From Lachnospiraceae bacterium (GTDB taxonomy: Bacteria > Bacillota > Clostridia > Lachnospirales > Lachnospiraceae): DNA of 64,000 bases. The DNA is taken from NCBI GenBank assembly GCA_017623675.1, contig JAGAOO010000006.1, positions 16,355 through 80,354 on the forward strand, given 5' to 3'. The position numbers were made by a program, and so were the translations under genes. Within the stretch, counting starts at the first letter, position 1, and each line of letters begins with the position of its first letter. Under the pieces are notes generated by a model. The model made no database searches. It worked only from the letters and a program-made list of their open reading frames with translations, and was not told the origin of the DNA. Positions 38,439 through 50,073 of the stretch are shown piece after piece.

Positions 38439-38991
38439 ATAAATTATGGTTTAACGTACCAAGTCGCCTTATCGGTTTCTGATGACAGATAGTTACCGCA
38501 GACACGCTTGCGCTCCGATCAGCACGTAATGGTACATAAGGCTGTAAAATACACAGCCTAAGTACCAACGTGCTTTTAAGGTCTGCTTGCAACTATCTAT
38601 CACCAGAAACCGGTAGCCAACTGTACGAAATAACCCATAATTTATATGGGGAGCAAAGTACCGCTCCGCGCAAGGTATCAATGCCTACGAAAGCAATGAT
38701 ACCTTAATACTGACAATGCGTATAATTACGTAAACAATAACGTTTGTGGTAACGTTTAATCCTCGCGGAGCCATACTACTCTCTCCAATATAAATTATGG
38801 GTTTTACCAGAGTAGATGTTCGGCGGATGAATATATATGCTTGAATGCAGACTCTAAAAGTACGTCGGTACTTGGATTGCATCTTTTGCAATCCTATGTA
38901 CCGTTACGTACTGACCGAAGTGCAAACGTGTCTGCATCAAGTATATATATTCGAAGCCGAACGCTAGTCAGTACGATAAACCATAATTTAT
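38439..38991 (-). ncRNA. Large structured non-coding element, copy 2 (reverse orientation)
   Basis: Collinear with the reverse complement of 4704-5284. Core is near-identical. Arm hairpins carry compensating changes. Wobble positions are G-U only on the minus strand. The track ORFs here are interrupted relative to copy 1. Confidence 0.65.
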
Positions 38992-38992
38992 C

Positions 38993-40342
38993 TCACGACC
39001 TTCTACTCTTCTCCAAATTCACGAACTTTGTATACTCTCCCTGCCAACCCAGCATCACAGTGCCGGTAGCACCATTTCTCTGCTTGGCAATGATGATTTC
39101 CGCCTTATTCTTATCCTCTTCCGGCAAATCATCCCGATATTTATCTTCTCTGTAAATGAACATAACAACGTCTGCATCCTGCTCGATAGAACCGGATTCA
39201 CGCAGGTCCGAAAGCATTGGTCGGTGATCGGTTCTGGCTTCTACTGCACGGCTTAACTGAGAAAGTGCAATAATCGGCACATCTAATTCCTTTGCCAGCA
39301 CTTTAAGCCCTCTGGAGATTTCCGAAACCTCCTGCTGACGGGAATCACTTCTTCCACTTCCACTCATCAACTGTAAGTAGTCAATGATGATTAAGCCTAC
39401 ATTATGACGTTGCTTTAATTTTCTACATTTATTCCGAATATCTCCAATGGTTACATTGGACTGGTCTTCAATAAATAATTTCGTTCCACCGATGATATTG
39501 GAGCTCTCATACAGCTTCATCCACTGGTCATCCTGTAAATTACCGGTACGAATATTCTGGGAATTTACCTGTGACTCCATGGCAATCATACGCTGTACTA
39601 ACTGCTCCTTATTCATTTCGAAATTGAAAATAGCAACAGGGACATCCGTTTTCAGAATAACATATTCTGCAATATTCAATACAAATGCAGTTTTACCCAT
39701 TGCCGGTCTGGCTGCCACCAGAATCAATTCGGAACCATGCAGTCCGGTCAGCATATCATCTAAGTCCATGAAACCTGTTGGAACACCGGTAATATTTCCC
39801 TGCTGTTTGGATGCCTCTCGAATGTTACGAAGAACATTGTCTACCACTTCCCGAATAGGAACAATATCATCGCCGGCATTTCCCTGCTGGGTCAGTTCTA
39901 ATACTTCATTTTCAATGTTACTGAGTATGTTGGTGGATGTATCTTTCAGAGAATAACAATCATTGGCAGCGGTTTCCGCCAACTTAATCACCCGCCGCAT
40001 ATTGGCACGGTCTTTTACGATACCGGCATATTTTTTGGCATTTGCCGAAGTGGGCACCACGCTCATTAATTCCTGCATGGTTTCAATGCCATAGACATTT
40101 TCCGGCACACCTTTTTCCTTTAACCGTTCCATTAAGGTAATCAAATCAATGGCAGTTCCTTCATGATACAACTCTACCATTGCTTCAAATATCGCACCAT
40201 ACTGAGGCTGATAGAAATCCTCTTTTGTCAACATATCTGCTACATTGACAACTGCTTCCCGGCTCATCAGCATAGATGCAAGCACTGCCTGCTCTGATTC
40301 CACACTATTCGGTTGTGTCTTACGGATTACTGCTTCTTCCAT
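38993..40342 (-). CDS. dnaB: Replicative DNA helicase
   Basis: 449 aa; Walker A ARPAMGKTAF; conserved rplI-dnaB synteny. Confidence 0.95.
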   Translation of the reverse strand: MEEAVIRKTQPNSVESEQAVLASMLMSREAVVNVADMLTKEDFYQPQYGAIFEAMVELYHEGTAIDLITLMERLKEKGVPENVYGIETMQELMSVVPTSANAKKYAGIVKDRANMRRVIKLAETAANDCYSLKDTSTNILSNIENEVLELTQQGNAGDDIVPIREVVDNVLRNIREASKQQGNITGVPTGFMDLDDMLTGLHGSELILVAARPAMGKTAFVLNIAEYVILKTDVPVAIFNFEMNKEQLVQRMIAMESQVNSQNIRTGNLQDDQWMKLYESSNIIGGTKLFIEDQSNVTIGDIRNKCRKLKQRHNVGLIIIDYLQLMSGSGRSDSRQQEVSEISRGLKVLAKELDVPIIALSQLSRAVEARTDHRPMLSDLRESGSIEQDADVVMFIYREDKYRDDLPEEDKNKAEIIIAKQRNGATGTVMLGWQGEYTKFVNLEKSRRS

Positions 40343-40353
40343 TGCTTTCTTAT

Positions 40354-40806
40354 TTAACCTTTACCTTCTGTAACTTTTACCTTCAATTCTGCTGTTACCT
40401 TTGGGTGCAGCTTGATTGGAACATTGTGTACACCAATTGACTTAATACTATCCTTTAACTGTATTTTCTTTTTATCAAGGTCTAAACTCAACTGGGTTTT
40501 TGCTGCTTCCGCAATTTCTTTTGAAGAAACGGAACCAAAGGTCTTTCCACCTTCTCCCACCTTCAGACTTAACACAACTTCCTTGTCCTTCAAGTCTTCT
40601 GCCAATGCCTTAGCTGCTGCCAAATGTTCAGCTGCAACCTTTTCTTCATTTGCTTTTTGAAGCTTCAAATCATTCATATTCTTGCTGTTTGCTTCCACAC
40701 CTAATTTCTTAGGCAGAATAAAATTTCTGGCATAACCATCATTTACTTTTACAACCTGACCTTTTTTGCCAAGTGCTTTTACGTCCTGCAATAAAATTAC
40801 TTCCAT
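40354..40806 (-). CDS. rplI: 50S ribosomal protein L9
   Basis: [30 protein letters not shown]. Confidence 0.95.
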   Translation of the reverse strand: MEVILLQDVKALGKKGQVVKVNDGYARNFILPKKLGVEANSKNMNDLKLQKANEEKVAAEHLAAAKALAEDLKDKEVVLSLKVGEGGKTFGSVSSKEIAEAAKTQLSLDLDKKKIQLKDSIKSIGVHNVPIKLHPKVTAELKVKVTEGKG

Positions 40807-40807
40807 G

Positions 40808-42886
40808 TTAAATGTCTCCTTCCACTGTCATCTTTTCCAATACATCCTGCAATTGCAATTTACCTTCCTCTAAGGTACAGTCATGTAACTGAGCACCGGC
40901 AACAGTAGCATGACCACCGCCACCCATTCGCTCCATAATAACCTGTACATTCACCTCATCTATGGAACGGGCACTGATATATATGGTATCCTTTATCTGC
41001 GTCAGCATAAAGGAAGCCTTTACTCCATCAATATCCAGCAGTTCATTGGCTATCTGTGCCGCCAGAACCGTAGGACTGTCTACACCCTCGGATGGCAGAA
41101 TTCCAATGGCATAATCATCCAGAAAGATTTCTGCATTTTCTACACCGGCAGCCTTCTGTTTATATACTTCCATTTCTGTCCGGAACATTTTCCGTACTCT
41201 CGTCACATCTGCACCACTTCTCTTTAAGAAGGAAGCTGCTTCAAAGGTTCGTACTCCGGTCTTCGTCACAAAGGTATCGGTATCCACCAGAATACCGGAA
41301 TACATAGCATCTGCCTCGATTGGACGAAGCTTCGGCTTATCAATAATATACTGTAAAATCTCTGCTACCATTTCACAGGCAGAAGATGCGTATGGTTCAA
41401 TATACGACAAAATAGCATTCTGAATAGAATCACTCATAGCTCTATGATGGTCAATTACCACGATAGATTTTGTCATATTCAACAATTCTTCACATTCCGT
41501 ATAACTTGCACGATTCACATCAACAACAATTAAGGCGGTATTCTGGTCTACCAGATTCTTTGCCTGCTCGCTATCAATAAATAAATCCTCAGGATACAGA
41601 TTGTTTCCAATAAAATTATTCATGACCGGTCGTATAGATACCGTCACATCATTAATTACGATATGGGCACGTCGTTCCATGGTGGCTGCAAGACGATAGA
41701 TACCGATTGCCGCACCAAGGGAATCCACATCCGGCATCTTATGCCCCATAATGATTACCTGATCCTTTGTTTCCAGCACTTCTCGTAACGCATGTGCTTT
41801 CACTCTGGCTTTTACACGGGTATTCTTCTCAACTCCCTGCGACTTGCCGCCGTAGTAGTAAATCTGCTCGCCATCCTTCAATACTGCTTGGTCACCGCCC
41901 CGACCCAGAGCAAGGTCAATCGCCATTCGTGCAGCGTCATAGGCCTGAAGATAGGATGGAGCATTGACACCTAAGCCGATACTTAATGTAACCGCTATCT
42001 CGTTACCAATATTAATGGCTCTTACTTCATCCAAGAGAGCAAACTTAGCCGCCTGTAATTGCTGCAAATATTTCTGTTGAAATACCACCAGGAATTTATC
42101 CTTTTCTAACTTCTTCACAATGGCATCAATATTCTGCATATATTTGTTAATCTTTCGGTCAATTAATGCCGTTAACAACGGACGCCTTACATCCTCTACA
42201 CCTTCTAAGGCTTCCTCGTAGTTATCAATATAAATTAATCCGGCAACTAATTTCTGATCCTTATTTTCCTGAATATATCGACGAAGCTCTGTTTCATCGA
42301 AAAGATACATGGCAATTAAGCCATCTTCCTTTTCAACCTCTACTTCTTCCGGGAGAATATCATTTACTACAACCCGACGAAGTTCAACCCGGTAATATCC
42401 ATCTTCATACCGCATATCGAATTCGGTCATATTATTCTTCTGTGGAAATAATTCCTTGGTAATCTCCGGGAACAACTGGGTCACAGATTTCTTACTCGGC
42501 TTATCCGTACCGATAATTCCATAGAACAATGGATTTGCCCACAGAATCCTTCCATCCAAATCAATTAATGCGTATGGTATCGCCAAATCCTTAAGCAGTT
42601 CCTTCTGTACCTGACCCTGTTCGAAGGCAAAGCTGATTAGGCTGCTCATGATGTTCGGCTTGTTATGCACATAAATGAATGTAACTATTAAGGCATATGC
42701 GATTAACCCAATGGTGAAGAAGATACCGGTTTCTACATTTGCAATATAAATGAAACCATTGAAAATAACTAATGGTATCAACAAGAAAAATGGTATCCGC
42801 AAATAACGCTCTATTTGATTTTTCAACATCACCTTTTTCGGTTTTTCCGGTTTCTTTGAAACCTCAGTTTCCTGCTCTGTACTCAT
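40808..42886 (-). CDS. gdpP: Membrane-anchored DHH/DHHA1 phosphodiesterase (GdpP/YybT-type c-di-AMP phosphodiesterase)
   Basis: 2 N-terminal TM helices, a PAS-like and degenerate GGDEF region, DHH motifs (PDVDSLG, VVIDHHR), GGGGH. yybT-rplI-dnaB synteny as in Bacillus. Confidence 0.85.
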   Translation of the reverse strand: MSTEQETEVSKKPEKPKKVMLKNQIERYLRIPFFLLIPLVIFNGFIYIANVETGIFFTIGLIAYALIVTFIYVHNKPNIMSSLISFAFEQGQVQKELLKDLAIPYALIDLDGRILWANPLFYGIIGTDKPSKKSVTQLFPEITKELFPQKNNMTEFDMRYEDGYYRVELRRVVVNDILPEEVEVEKEDGLIAMYLFDETELRRYIQENKDQKLVAGLIYIDNYEEALEGVEDVRRPLLTALIDRKINKYMQNIDAIVKKLEKDKFLVVFQQKYLQQLQAAKFALLDEVRAINIGNEIAVTLSIGLGVNAPSYLQAYDAARMAIDLALGRGGDQAVLKDGEQIYYYGGKSQGVEKNTRVKARVKAHALREVLETKDQVIIMGHKMPDVDSLGAAIGIYRLAATMERRAHIVINDVTVSIRPVMNNFIGNNLYPEDLFIDSEQAKNLVDQNTALIVVDVNRASYTECEELLNMTKSIVVIDHHRAMSDSIQNAILSYIEPYASSACEMVAEILQYIIDKPKLRPIEADAMYSGILVDTDTFVTKTGVRTFEAASFLKRSGADVTRVRKMFRTEMEVYKQKAAGVENAEIFLDDYAIGILPSEGVDSPTVLAAQIANELLDIDGVKASFMLTQIKDTIYISARSIDEVNVQVIMERMGGGGHATVAGAQLHDCTLEEGKLQLQDVLEKMTVEGDI

Positions 42887-42909
42887 GTTATCTCCTATTC
42901 ACTGCTTCG

Positions 42910-44328
42910 CTATAAATCCTCTGCTTCAATGGTAAGCAACTGTTCCTTATTCACTGCGCCAACCGTAACCAAACGATTTGCCTGCCGCTCAATCACCTGA
43001 CTTAAATAATTACGAACATCTCTGGCATTACCAAAATTCTTATCCTTCTTGGCAATCATATCATTTAACACCTCATGCAGACGGAGTTTTCCTGCATCAC
43101 TGATATGATAATCCTGTTCCTTACTCATAAATGTAAAGATAGAATACAAGTCCTCTGCATCATAATCCGGGAAATCAATGGTCTTATTAAATCGGGATTT
43201 CAAGCCGGGATTAGCATCAATAAAATCTTCCATCAAATCCGGATAACCGGCAACAATTACAATCAAATCATCCCGATAATCCTCCATGGCTTTATTCAAG
43301 GTGTCAATGGCTTCCTGACCAAAATCTCCTTCCGGTCCATGATTACTTAACGCATATGCTTCATCAATGAACAGCACGCCGCCCTTTGCCTTATCCACTA
43401 CCTGTTTCACCTTCAGGGCAGTCTGACCCATATACCCGGCAACCATGCCGGAACGGTCAACCTCTACCAGATGTCCTTTGGATAATACACCCAATGCACA
43501 ATATATCTTGGAAAGCAGTCTGGCAACCGTTGTCTTACCGGTTCCCGGATTTCCGGTGAATACAAAATGCTTTGCTACCGGTGCTTTTTTCAATCCATTC
43601 TGGGCACGCATCTCATTAATCTGAAGCAGATTAACAATATTCTTTACTTCCTTTTTCACACTTGCCAAGCCGATTAAATCATTCAGCTCATTCATCAAAG
43701 CATCTAAGTCATAGCCCTCCGGCGAAGCTTCCGTAATCGTACCTACAAATGCAATCTCCTCTTCCTCCTGATTCTGAGAAACCTCTTTTGTTCGGAACGG
43801 AAGGGTGTCCGGAACTTCTGTCCTATCATCACCGAATTTCTTATACCCGTTTATCTGACTTTCCAGCATTAAAAGATACCGGGTTAACGCCCGAATTTCT
43901 TTATCCTCTACCTTACGATTGCAGGCAATGAAATCCCGTCCCAGTTCCTGAAAGGTATGATAATAAAGACTACGGATATCATAATATTTGGACTGATATA
44001 CCACATTGGGAATATTCTTGTCCTTTAAAAAATAATGTAACGAAAGAGGTGGAGTACTCAAAAAATCTTTATCTGCCACCTTATGCCTGCGAATACAATC
44101 CACTATGGTTTCTTGGTCAAATTCGTATTCCAACAGCTTATTAATATAACGAACCTCCTCCTTTTGTACCAGACCATCTGAAATAGCCAGATAACAAAAG
44201 AAATTCCGCAAATCCATTCTTAATTGTTCTTCTGCACTAAAATCTCCTTCCAGCAAGATACCATTTGCATCCATTTCCCGGGCGATTTTCTTACAAGTGC
44301 GGAAAAGTGTAAGGCTTTCCTGTTCCAT
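42910..44328 (-). CDS. AAA+ ATPase (SpoVK/CbbX-like) with N-terminal TerB-like region
   Basis: Walker A GNPGTGKTT, Walker B VLFIDEAY; 472 aa. Confidence 0.75.
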   Translation of the reverse strand: MEQESLTLFRTCKKIAREMDANGILLEGDFSAEEQLRMDLRNFFCYLAISDGLVQKEEVRYINKLLEYEFDQETIVDCIRRHKVADKDFLSTPPLSLHYFLKDKNIPNVVYQSKYYDIRSLYYHTFQELGRDFIACNRKVEDKEIRALTRYLLMLESQINGYKKFGDDRTEVPDTLPFRTKEVSQNQEEEEIAFVGTITEASPEGYDLDALMNELNDLIGLASVKKEVKNIVNLLQINEMRAQNGLKKAPVAKHFVFTGNPGTGKTTVARLLSKIYCALGVLSKGHLVEVDRSGMVAGYMGQTALKVKQVVDKAKGGVLFIDEAYALSNHGPEGDFGQEAIDTLNKAMEDYRDDLIVIVAGYPDLMEDFIDANPGLKSRFNKTIDFPDYDAEDLYSIFTFMSKEQDYHISDAGKLRLHEVLNDMIAKKDKNFGNARDVRNYLSQVIERQANRLVTVGAVNKEQLLTIEAEDL

Positions 44329-44483
44329 TTCTTCTCTCCAAATCCGTATAATGTCTTATTTAAAATCAATCAATATATACTCCATATAAATATACTACTT
44401 TTCCATTAAATAAGCAACGAAAATCAGCAGATGGTGTTTTCATCTGCTGATTCGTTCGTATCTCGTTTTTTTACTCGCTGCTT

Positions 44484-45746
44484 CTACTTCTGAACTGCAT
44501 CAATTGGTCTTAGCTTTGCAGCCCATTTTGCCGGAAAGAACCCTGCCAATACGCCCAGAATAACCGCAAAAAAGAATGCAGATACTGCCAGCCACCATGG
44601 AATAATTGCCAATTGGGTTTCCTTCGGCAATTCCATCAGCTTTACTGCCAATTTGTTCACAAATAATTCTGTAATTCCATATGATACCAGAATTCCAATC
44701 AAGCCCCCAATTCCTCCCAGAATCCCTGATTCTAAAAGAAATAAATATAACAATTCCTCCGGGTCAGAGCCCAATACCTTCAGTATTCCGATTTCATTAA
44801 TCCGGTCATAGACTGCAGTTGTCATGGTATTGCCAATACCAATTACTGCCACAATCAGGGCAATCATGCCGATTCCCCCGAGGACAATCTGGATGATTTT
44901 TACCGTTCTTTGTACATAGTCCACCATTTCCTTGTTGCTTTCCACCTGATAGCCCATATCCTGCAAATCCTTGACCAAACCATCTACAGAATCCATATTC
45001 TCCGCATCAATAATAATGCTGCTGTAAATCCATTCATTATAGTTTTCGTTATTTTCATTGACCGGCTGCCCCGGTATTGTTCCCCCATCTGCCATCTGCT
45101 TCAAATATTGCTTTAACAAATCAATATCACAATAAATGTAATAAGAATCATCCTTGGTCATATTCCCGATTGTCAATCGACCGGAAGGGCTGTTCTCCTC
45201 CCATCCAAACTGTACTTCCACTGTATCCCCGGTAAAATCCCAGTCCTCCCCTTCATGCAATTCAGCATAGGTGTTGTCCGTAACACTATTGTATAAAAAA
45301 TACCCTGTCTGATTGCCTACCAGTAATTCCGGTTTTCTCTGACTGATTTCCTCCTGAGCTTCATGTCTCACAGGAATCCCCTCCAGATACTCCCTCGGTA
45401 CTCCCATAATACTCCAATAGCCAATATAATTCTCATAGGTAACATAGGTATCCAAAGAAATGACCGGGTATACTGCTTTTACGCCTTCCAAATCTGTGAA
45501 CGCCTGTAATTTACGGTCTGTCAACATCCGGTCTTTACGCTTTCCATCTGTAACTCCTAACACCCGAATTTCCGTTACACTGCCCTCAATGCCGGCCATG
45601 TTCAGCAATTCTTCTTTTACGCCCAGACCAATAGCAAGCAATGATACAATGGAAATAATACCAATTACCACTCCAAGAATGGTAAGCCCTGTTCGTATTC
45701 CTCTTTGTTTCATATTCGCCAGACATAAATGCCATATCCATCCCAT
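44484..45746 (-). CDS. ABC transporter permease, FtsX/MacB type
   Basis: N-terminal TM, a large extracytoplasmic domain, and a C-terminal 3-TM FtsX domain. Confidence 0.8.
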   Translation of the reverse strand: MGWIWHLCLANMKQRGIRTGLTILGVVIGIISIVSLLAIGLGVKEELLNMAGIEGSVTEIRVLGVTDGKRKDRMLTDRKLQAFTDLEGVKAVYPVISLDTYVTYENYIGYWSIMGVPREYLEGIPVRHEAQEEISQRKPELLVGNQTGYFLYNSVTDNTYAELHEGEDWDFTGDTVEVQFGWEENSPSGRLTIGNMTKDDSYYIYCDIDLLKQYLKQMADGGTIPGQPVNENNENYNEWIYSSIIIDAENMDSVDGLVKDLQDMGYQVESNKEMVDYVQRTVKIIQIVLGGIGMIALIVAVIGIGNTMTTAVYDRINEIGILKVLGSDPEELLYLFLLESGILGGIGGLIGILVSYGITELFVNKLAVKLMELPKETQLAIIPWWLAVSAFFFAVILGVLAGFFPAKWAAKLRPIDAVQK

Positions 45747-45749
45747 AGG

Positions 45750-46682
45750 CTAAAACTCCTCAAGAATCTTCTTTTTTCGCTGGTAACGCCGTATCATCAA
45801 CCAAAGGATTATTGCCAATACTGCTATTATTGCAACAATGATCAAAATGGTCTTAACTACATTCCCGGTATTCGTTTCTTCCTTTACCTTTTCCAGATTT
45901 TCATAAACAGGCTGAGCAACACTGACACCAATGGAAAAGGTTTCCTCCTGTACATTTCCCTTACGGTCCTCATAGGTGATAATCATTTCATTCACATCAC
46001 CGAATTCTTTGGATACAGCAGTTGCCTTCGACAGCACATCAACGGTGCCACTTTTCCCGGATTCAATATTACCAATATAGCTTTCTGCCTCTGTAATATT
46101 ACTGCCCTGCACTCTGGCAGTTACATTATATAATGTTCCATCTCCCAGATTATTTACTTTTGCACTGATTTCCACGGTATCGCCTAATTCTATGTAGGAT
46201 TCCGGAATAAATACATCGGTAACAGATAGTCTCTGTTCCAAGCCAACAGGAATGAATACTGCCTCATCCACCGTATACTCTATTCCATTACCATCCTCAT
46301 ATTCTGTCTTCAGAGACAGCTTATAAGACTTTTCCTCCAACCCTTCCACTGCCATCATGGAAAAAGTAAATTCTGTTTCCGTATTCCCATCAATTTTCGT
46401 AGCATAAGCCGTTCCTGCTCCCTCAACCGGCAACAGTTCTCCCTGCTCCGTAGTGATGGTAAGTTTCACATTCCTTACCGCTTTTGCTGCGGTATTCTTC
46501 AAGGTTATATGAAGGGTAAATGCTTCTCCTGCCAATACCTCTCCCTCTTCAACGGAATAATCGGATACCATTACTCTGGGATTCGCCGCCTGCACCGTCT
46601 GCACACCTGACGCGGATATAGCAATATACATACAGATGATAAATGACAGAATTCCTATCATCCTTCTTGCTTTTTGTTTCAT
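45750..46682 (-). CDS. Secreted beta-rich (CARDB/COG1361-like) protein with C-terminal membrane anchor
   Basis: Signal peptide, two repeated Ig-like segments (...FTLHITLKNT..., ...VEISAKVNNLG...), C-terminal TM plus basic tail. Confidence 0.55.
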   Translation of the reverse strand: MKQKARRMIGILSFIICMYIAISASGVQTVQAANPRVMVSDYSVEEGEVLAGEAFTLHITLKNTAAKAVRNVKLTITTEQGELLPVEGAGTAYATKIDGNTETEFTFSMMAVEGLEEKSYKLSLKTEYEDGNGIEYTVDEAVFIPVGLEQRLSVTDVFIPESYIELGDTVEISAKVNNLGDGTLYNVTARVQGSNITEAESYIGNIESGKSGTVDVLSKATAVSKEFGDVNEMIITYEDRKGNVQEETFSIGVSVAQPVYENLEKVKEETNTGNVVKTILIIVAIIAVLAIILWLMIRRYQRKKKILEEF

Positions 46683-46696
46683 GATGGTTCCTCCTC

Positions 46697-47365
46697 TCAC
46701 GCTTCTACAATTTCCCCGTCTGCAATCTTGATAATACGGTCTGCTTCTCTTGCCAAATCAATGTTGTGGGTAATTAATACTAAGGTTTGATTCAACTGCT
46801 TGACGGAATTCTGTAACAAAGCAATTACCTCACTACCATTCTTGGAATCCAATGCTCCTGTAGGCTCATCCGCAAGAATCAGAGAAGGACGGTTTGCCAG
46901 GGCTCTTGCAATGGCAGTCCGTTGCTGCTGTCCACCGGAAAGCTGATTCGGCAAATGCTTTCTCCGGTCCTGTAAGCCTAACATCTCCATGATATGTTCT
47001 ACATATTCCTTATCCGGTTTTCTATGATCCAGCAAAATTGGCATTGTGATGTTTTCTTCTACTGACAACACAGGTATTAAATGATATGCCTGAAAGACAA
47101 AACCGATTTTTCTTCTACGGAATACCGCCATCTGTTCATCATTTAACTTGGTAATATCTTTCCCATCTACCACAATTTTTCCACTGGTCGGTGCATCCAC
47201 CCCACCCATCACATGGAGCAGAGTCGACTTCCCGGAACCGGAGGCTCCTACCACCGATACGATTTCTCCCTGCTGAATGGTCAGGCTGACATCATGTAAG
47301 CCCCAGACCCTTGTATCATTCTCACCATATACTTTGGTTACATGTTCCATTGTTACAATATCCAT
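46697..47365 (-). CDS. ABC transporter ATP-binding protein (MacB/LolD-like)
   Basis: Start moved to the ATG at 47365 (SD AGGAGG). [29 protein letters not shown]. Confidence 0.9.
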   Translation of the reverse strand: MDIVTMEHVTKVYGENDTRVWGLHDVSLTIQQGEIVSVVGASGSGKSTLLHVMGGVDAPTSGKIVVDGKDITKLNDEQMAVFRRRKIGFVFQAYHLIPVLSVEENITMPILLDHRKPDKEYVEHIMEMLGLQDRRKHLPNQLSGGQQQRTAIARALANRPSLILADEPTGALDSKNGSEVIALLQNSVKQLNQTLVLITHNIDLAREADRIIKIADGEIVEA

Positions 47366-47485
47366 AATCCGTTCCTCCTGATTTCCTAACTTTCCTCTAT
47401 GCCATCCTTCTTCTATCCATATCCTTCTAATATTTATATCTTTCAATTATTCATGTTTCTCTCTAACATAGCTCCCTCGTTTCCA

Positions 47486-49942
47486 TCAGTCTCCTCCGGT
47501 TGTCAAATCCTCTACCATACTCTGACTTAATTTCCGCATCGGTACATAGATGGCACCACACAGCAATAAGAATGAACCAATGATACAACCAAGGCTCGCC
47601 AGCCATGGAAAATGAAATTCCAATTTATTTATCAAATTAACAAAATAGAACACGTAGATACATAAACCGGTACCCAATAATATTCCCAAAATATTGGCAA
47701 TCACTGTTGTGATTACACCCTCTAATAATACCATTTTCACCAATCGCTCCTTGGATGTTCCGATCACTCGAAGCTGAGCGAATTCTCTTCTTCTCAAATG
47801 CAGATTGCTGGCTGTAGCATTGATGAAATTCAGTGATGCCATCAACACTACAAAGATTACAATTAAAAGTACAAAAAATATTACCTTCTTCATGTTCATC
47901 AGTTCATCTATCATCCAGACATACTCTGAATAATCCAAGCCATTGTATTCAATCTCAGAATTGATATCCATATCTCCCCACAGAATTTCATTGCATATCA
48001 CCGACAGATTCTTATCCATCGGGATTTTGTCAAAATGAAACTGCATTCCCGTATTCATGGTTTCATCCGTACCGGTCATTGCAAAATACTGTTCCAACGG
48101 AAGAATGATACGAAAATAGCTTCCGCTCCGGTTCACATCTGCATTTACGATACCTTCAATGGTATAGGTTTCATAATCCCCTTGTGAAATCAGCTCCTGC
48201 CAGCAATTATATCTGGCTATCTTTTTTTCAAGATAGATTTCTTTTTCCAATTCCTCAACCTGTTGATTGAATTCCTGTTCATTTCCAGCCAATTCCTTCC
48301 GTAGCTGTTCCTCCCGTTCCTCTGCTTCTTTGTCCAATCGTTCCCATTCCGTTTGTACCATATCACCAAATCGCTCCATGTTCACAATCTGAATGGTATC
48401 ACCAACATGATAATCGGTAATGGCAACCTGCACATACTCAATTCCCAAGGTTTCTGTTAACTCCTCAGCCTTTTCCATTTTTCCCTGATTCACAATTACT
48501 ATGCCATGGTCACTGATATCCAACGTCCCTTCCACCAGAGCAGATTCATATCTTGCATAATCGGTTTCATCGTATCCATAGCACTCAATCGCTGCCAAAG
48601 CATCTAACCTTCTGGCTTTGCCTTCTATCTCACTTGCACTCTGATAGGCTTCATGTATTCTTGCCATGGCATCGCCACCATATGTAGTTGTAAGGAATTC
48701 CTCCGTATAATGCTGGTAATAATCTTCCGTATCCGCCAGCCAGATATCGCAACTATAGATTCGTTTTGCTTCTGTCACTTCCTCTAATTGCGTCAAACGT
48801 TCCAATTGCTTTGCGGACGGCAATGTAGCTTGTACTTCCTCAATGCTTTTACCCGGTCCCAGTCTATGTTCAAAATAAATCTGGTAATATCGATACTCAG
48901 CAAGCTTCTCCTTAATAATCTCATTGATGGAGTGAACAGCTCCGGCAATTCCGATAAACATGGCAATTCCAAATACCATAGCCGCAACGGTCCGGAAAAA
49001 CCGCTTCCGGTTCCGCATTAGACTCTTATATGCATAATCACCGTCAACTCCAAATATTTTCCCAAACAAATTATGCTCCCGCAGCTTAATTTTTTCTTTC
49101 TTAATCCGGTATTCTCCCCGAATGGCACTGAGGGGTGACATACCGGTAATCAGCTTACTGTTTTCGCCCATGGTGAAATATAAATCGCCCATGAAAACAA
49201 TCAGTATTAAAATAACGCCAATCAAATGGAAGCCTATCTCCATATGGAACACTGCCCCAACTATGTAACTTACAATAGTTCCCAGCACGACACCGATTCC
49301 AATACCAATTAACTCCAAAATCGCCCCTTGGAAATAAATGATACTCTTTAACTGCCCTTTGGAGGCACCAATACACCGTAAATTTCCATAATCCCGAATG
49401 TTTTCTAAGGCACATAACTGAATCGCATTCCTTACAATTCCTACACCGAATATGGCAAAGATATAGGCAACCAGCAACACGAATAATGCTGCTGCCACCA
49501 TACCTTCTTCATCTGTTCCCTGAAAATAAAGGTTTGCCAGATATTCATTAATTTCACCCTCTACGCCATAATTTTGGCAAATATCATTAAAAATTGCATT
49601 GATGCGATAAGGCTGGGTGACATTCACATACAGGGTATTTGCATGTACTAATTCTTCATTTTGTGTGTTATAGGACCATTCATAATAAGGACCAATATAA
49701 GCACTTTTCACCCGGCGGTCACTTAGAATCTGCTCTCCCTGTTCCTCTGATTGCAGGAAGAATACCATCTCGTAATCTTCCTCTTCCCGTTCTCTTTTTC
49801 GTTCATTTTCCAAAAGACCACACATTACATTTAAAAATGTGAATAAGATTACCGTTGTAACTATCACCCCAAAAATAGCAATAGCACTTCGTCTTTTATT
49901 CATATTCAAGTAACGAATGGCAAGTTTTCTGTAATTATCCAT
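47486..49942 (-). CDS. Large FtsX-family permease (BceB-like, two FtsX modules)
   Basis: Start at 49942 (SD GGGGAGGA). About 10 TM helices with a large central soluble insert. Lies next to the HK/RR pair. Confidence 0.75.
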   Translation of the reverse strand: MDNYRKLAIRYLNMNKRRSAIAIFGVIVTTVILFTFLNVMCGLLENERKREREEEDYEMVFFLQSEEQGEQILSDRRVKSAYIGPYYEWSYNTQNEELVHANTLYVNVTQPYRINAIFNDICQNYGVEGEINEYLANLYFQGTDEEGMVAAALFVLLVAYIFAIFGVGIVRNAIQLCALENIRDYGNLRCIGASKGQLKSIIYFQGAILELIGIGIGVVLGTIVSYIVGAVFHMEIGFHLIGVILILIVFMGDLYFTMGENSKLITGMSPLSAIRGEYRIKKEKIKLREHNLFGKIFGVDGDYAYKSLMRNRKRFFRTVAAMVFGIAMFIGIAGAVHSINEIIKEKLAEYRYYQIYFEHRLGPGKSIEEVQATLPSAKQLERLTQLEEVTEAKRIYSCDIWLADTEDYYQHYTEEFLTTTYGGDAMARIHEAYQSASEIEGKARRLDALAAIECYGYDETDYARYESALVEGTLDISDHGIVIVNQGKMEKAEELTETLGIEYVQVAITDYHVGDTIQIVNMERFGDMVQTEWERLDKEAEEREEQLRKELAGNEQEFNQQVEELEKEIYLEKKIARYNCWQELISQGDYETYTIEGIVNADVNRSGSYFRIILPLEQYFAMTGTDETMNTGMQFHFDKIPMDKNLSVICNEILWGDMDINSEIEYNGLDYSEYVWMIDELMNMKKVIFFVLLIVIFVVLMASLNFINATASNLHLRRREFAQLRVIGTSKERLVKMVLLEGVITTVIANILGILLGTGLCIYVFYFVNLINKLEFHFPWLASLGCIIGSFLLLCGAIYVPMRKLSQSMVEDLTTGGD

Positions 49943-50073
49943 AGTTTCCTCCCCAATTGTTCTTCTTATCACATAAAAATAGGTATAGCCTTTCAACTAT
50001 ACCCATTATAATTCTTCCATATTACAGTTCGGTGACAGATTATCTTACAATTTTGTAAGAAAAGATTCTTAGC

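Noticed and set aside
38374-38891. ORFs 38374-38592, 38493-38681 and 38685-38891 (-) and 38841-39155 (+) as genes
   Set aside because: Same reasoning as above. These are fragments of the non-conserved frame across element copy 2, and the + ORF also runs antisense into dnaB.
39447-39956. 169-aa plus-strand ORF
   Set aside because: It is antisense to dnaB and has no independent support.
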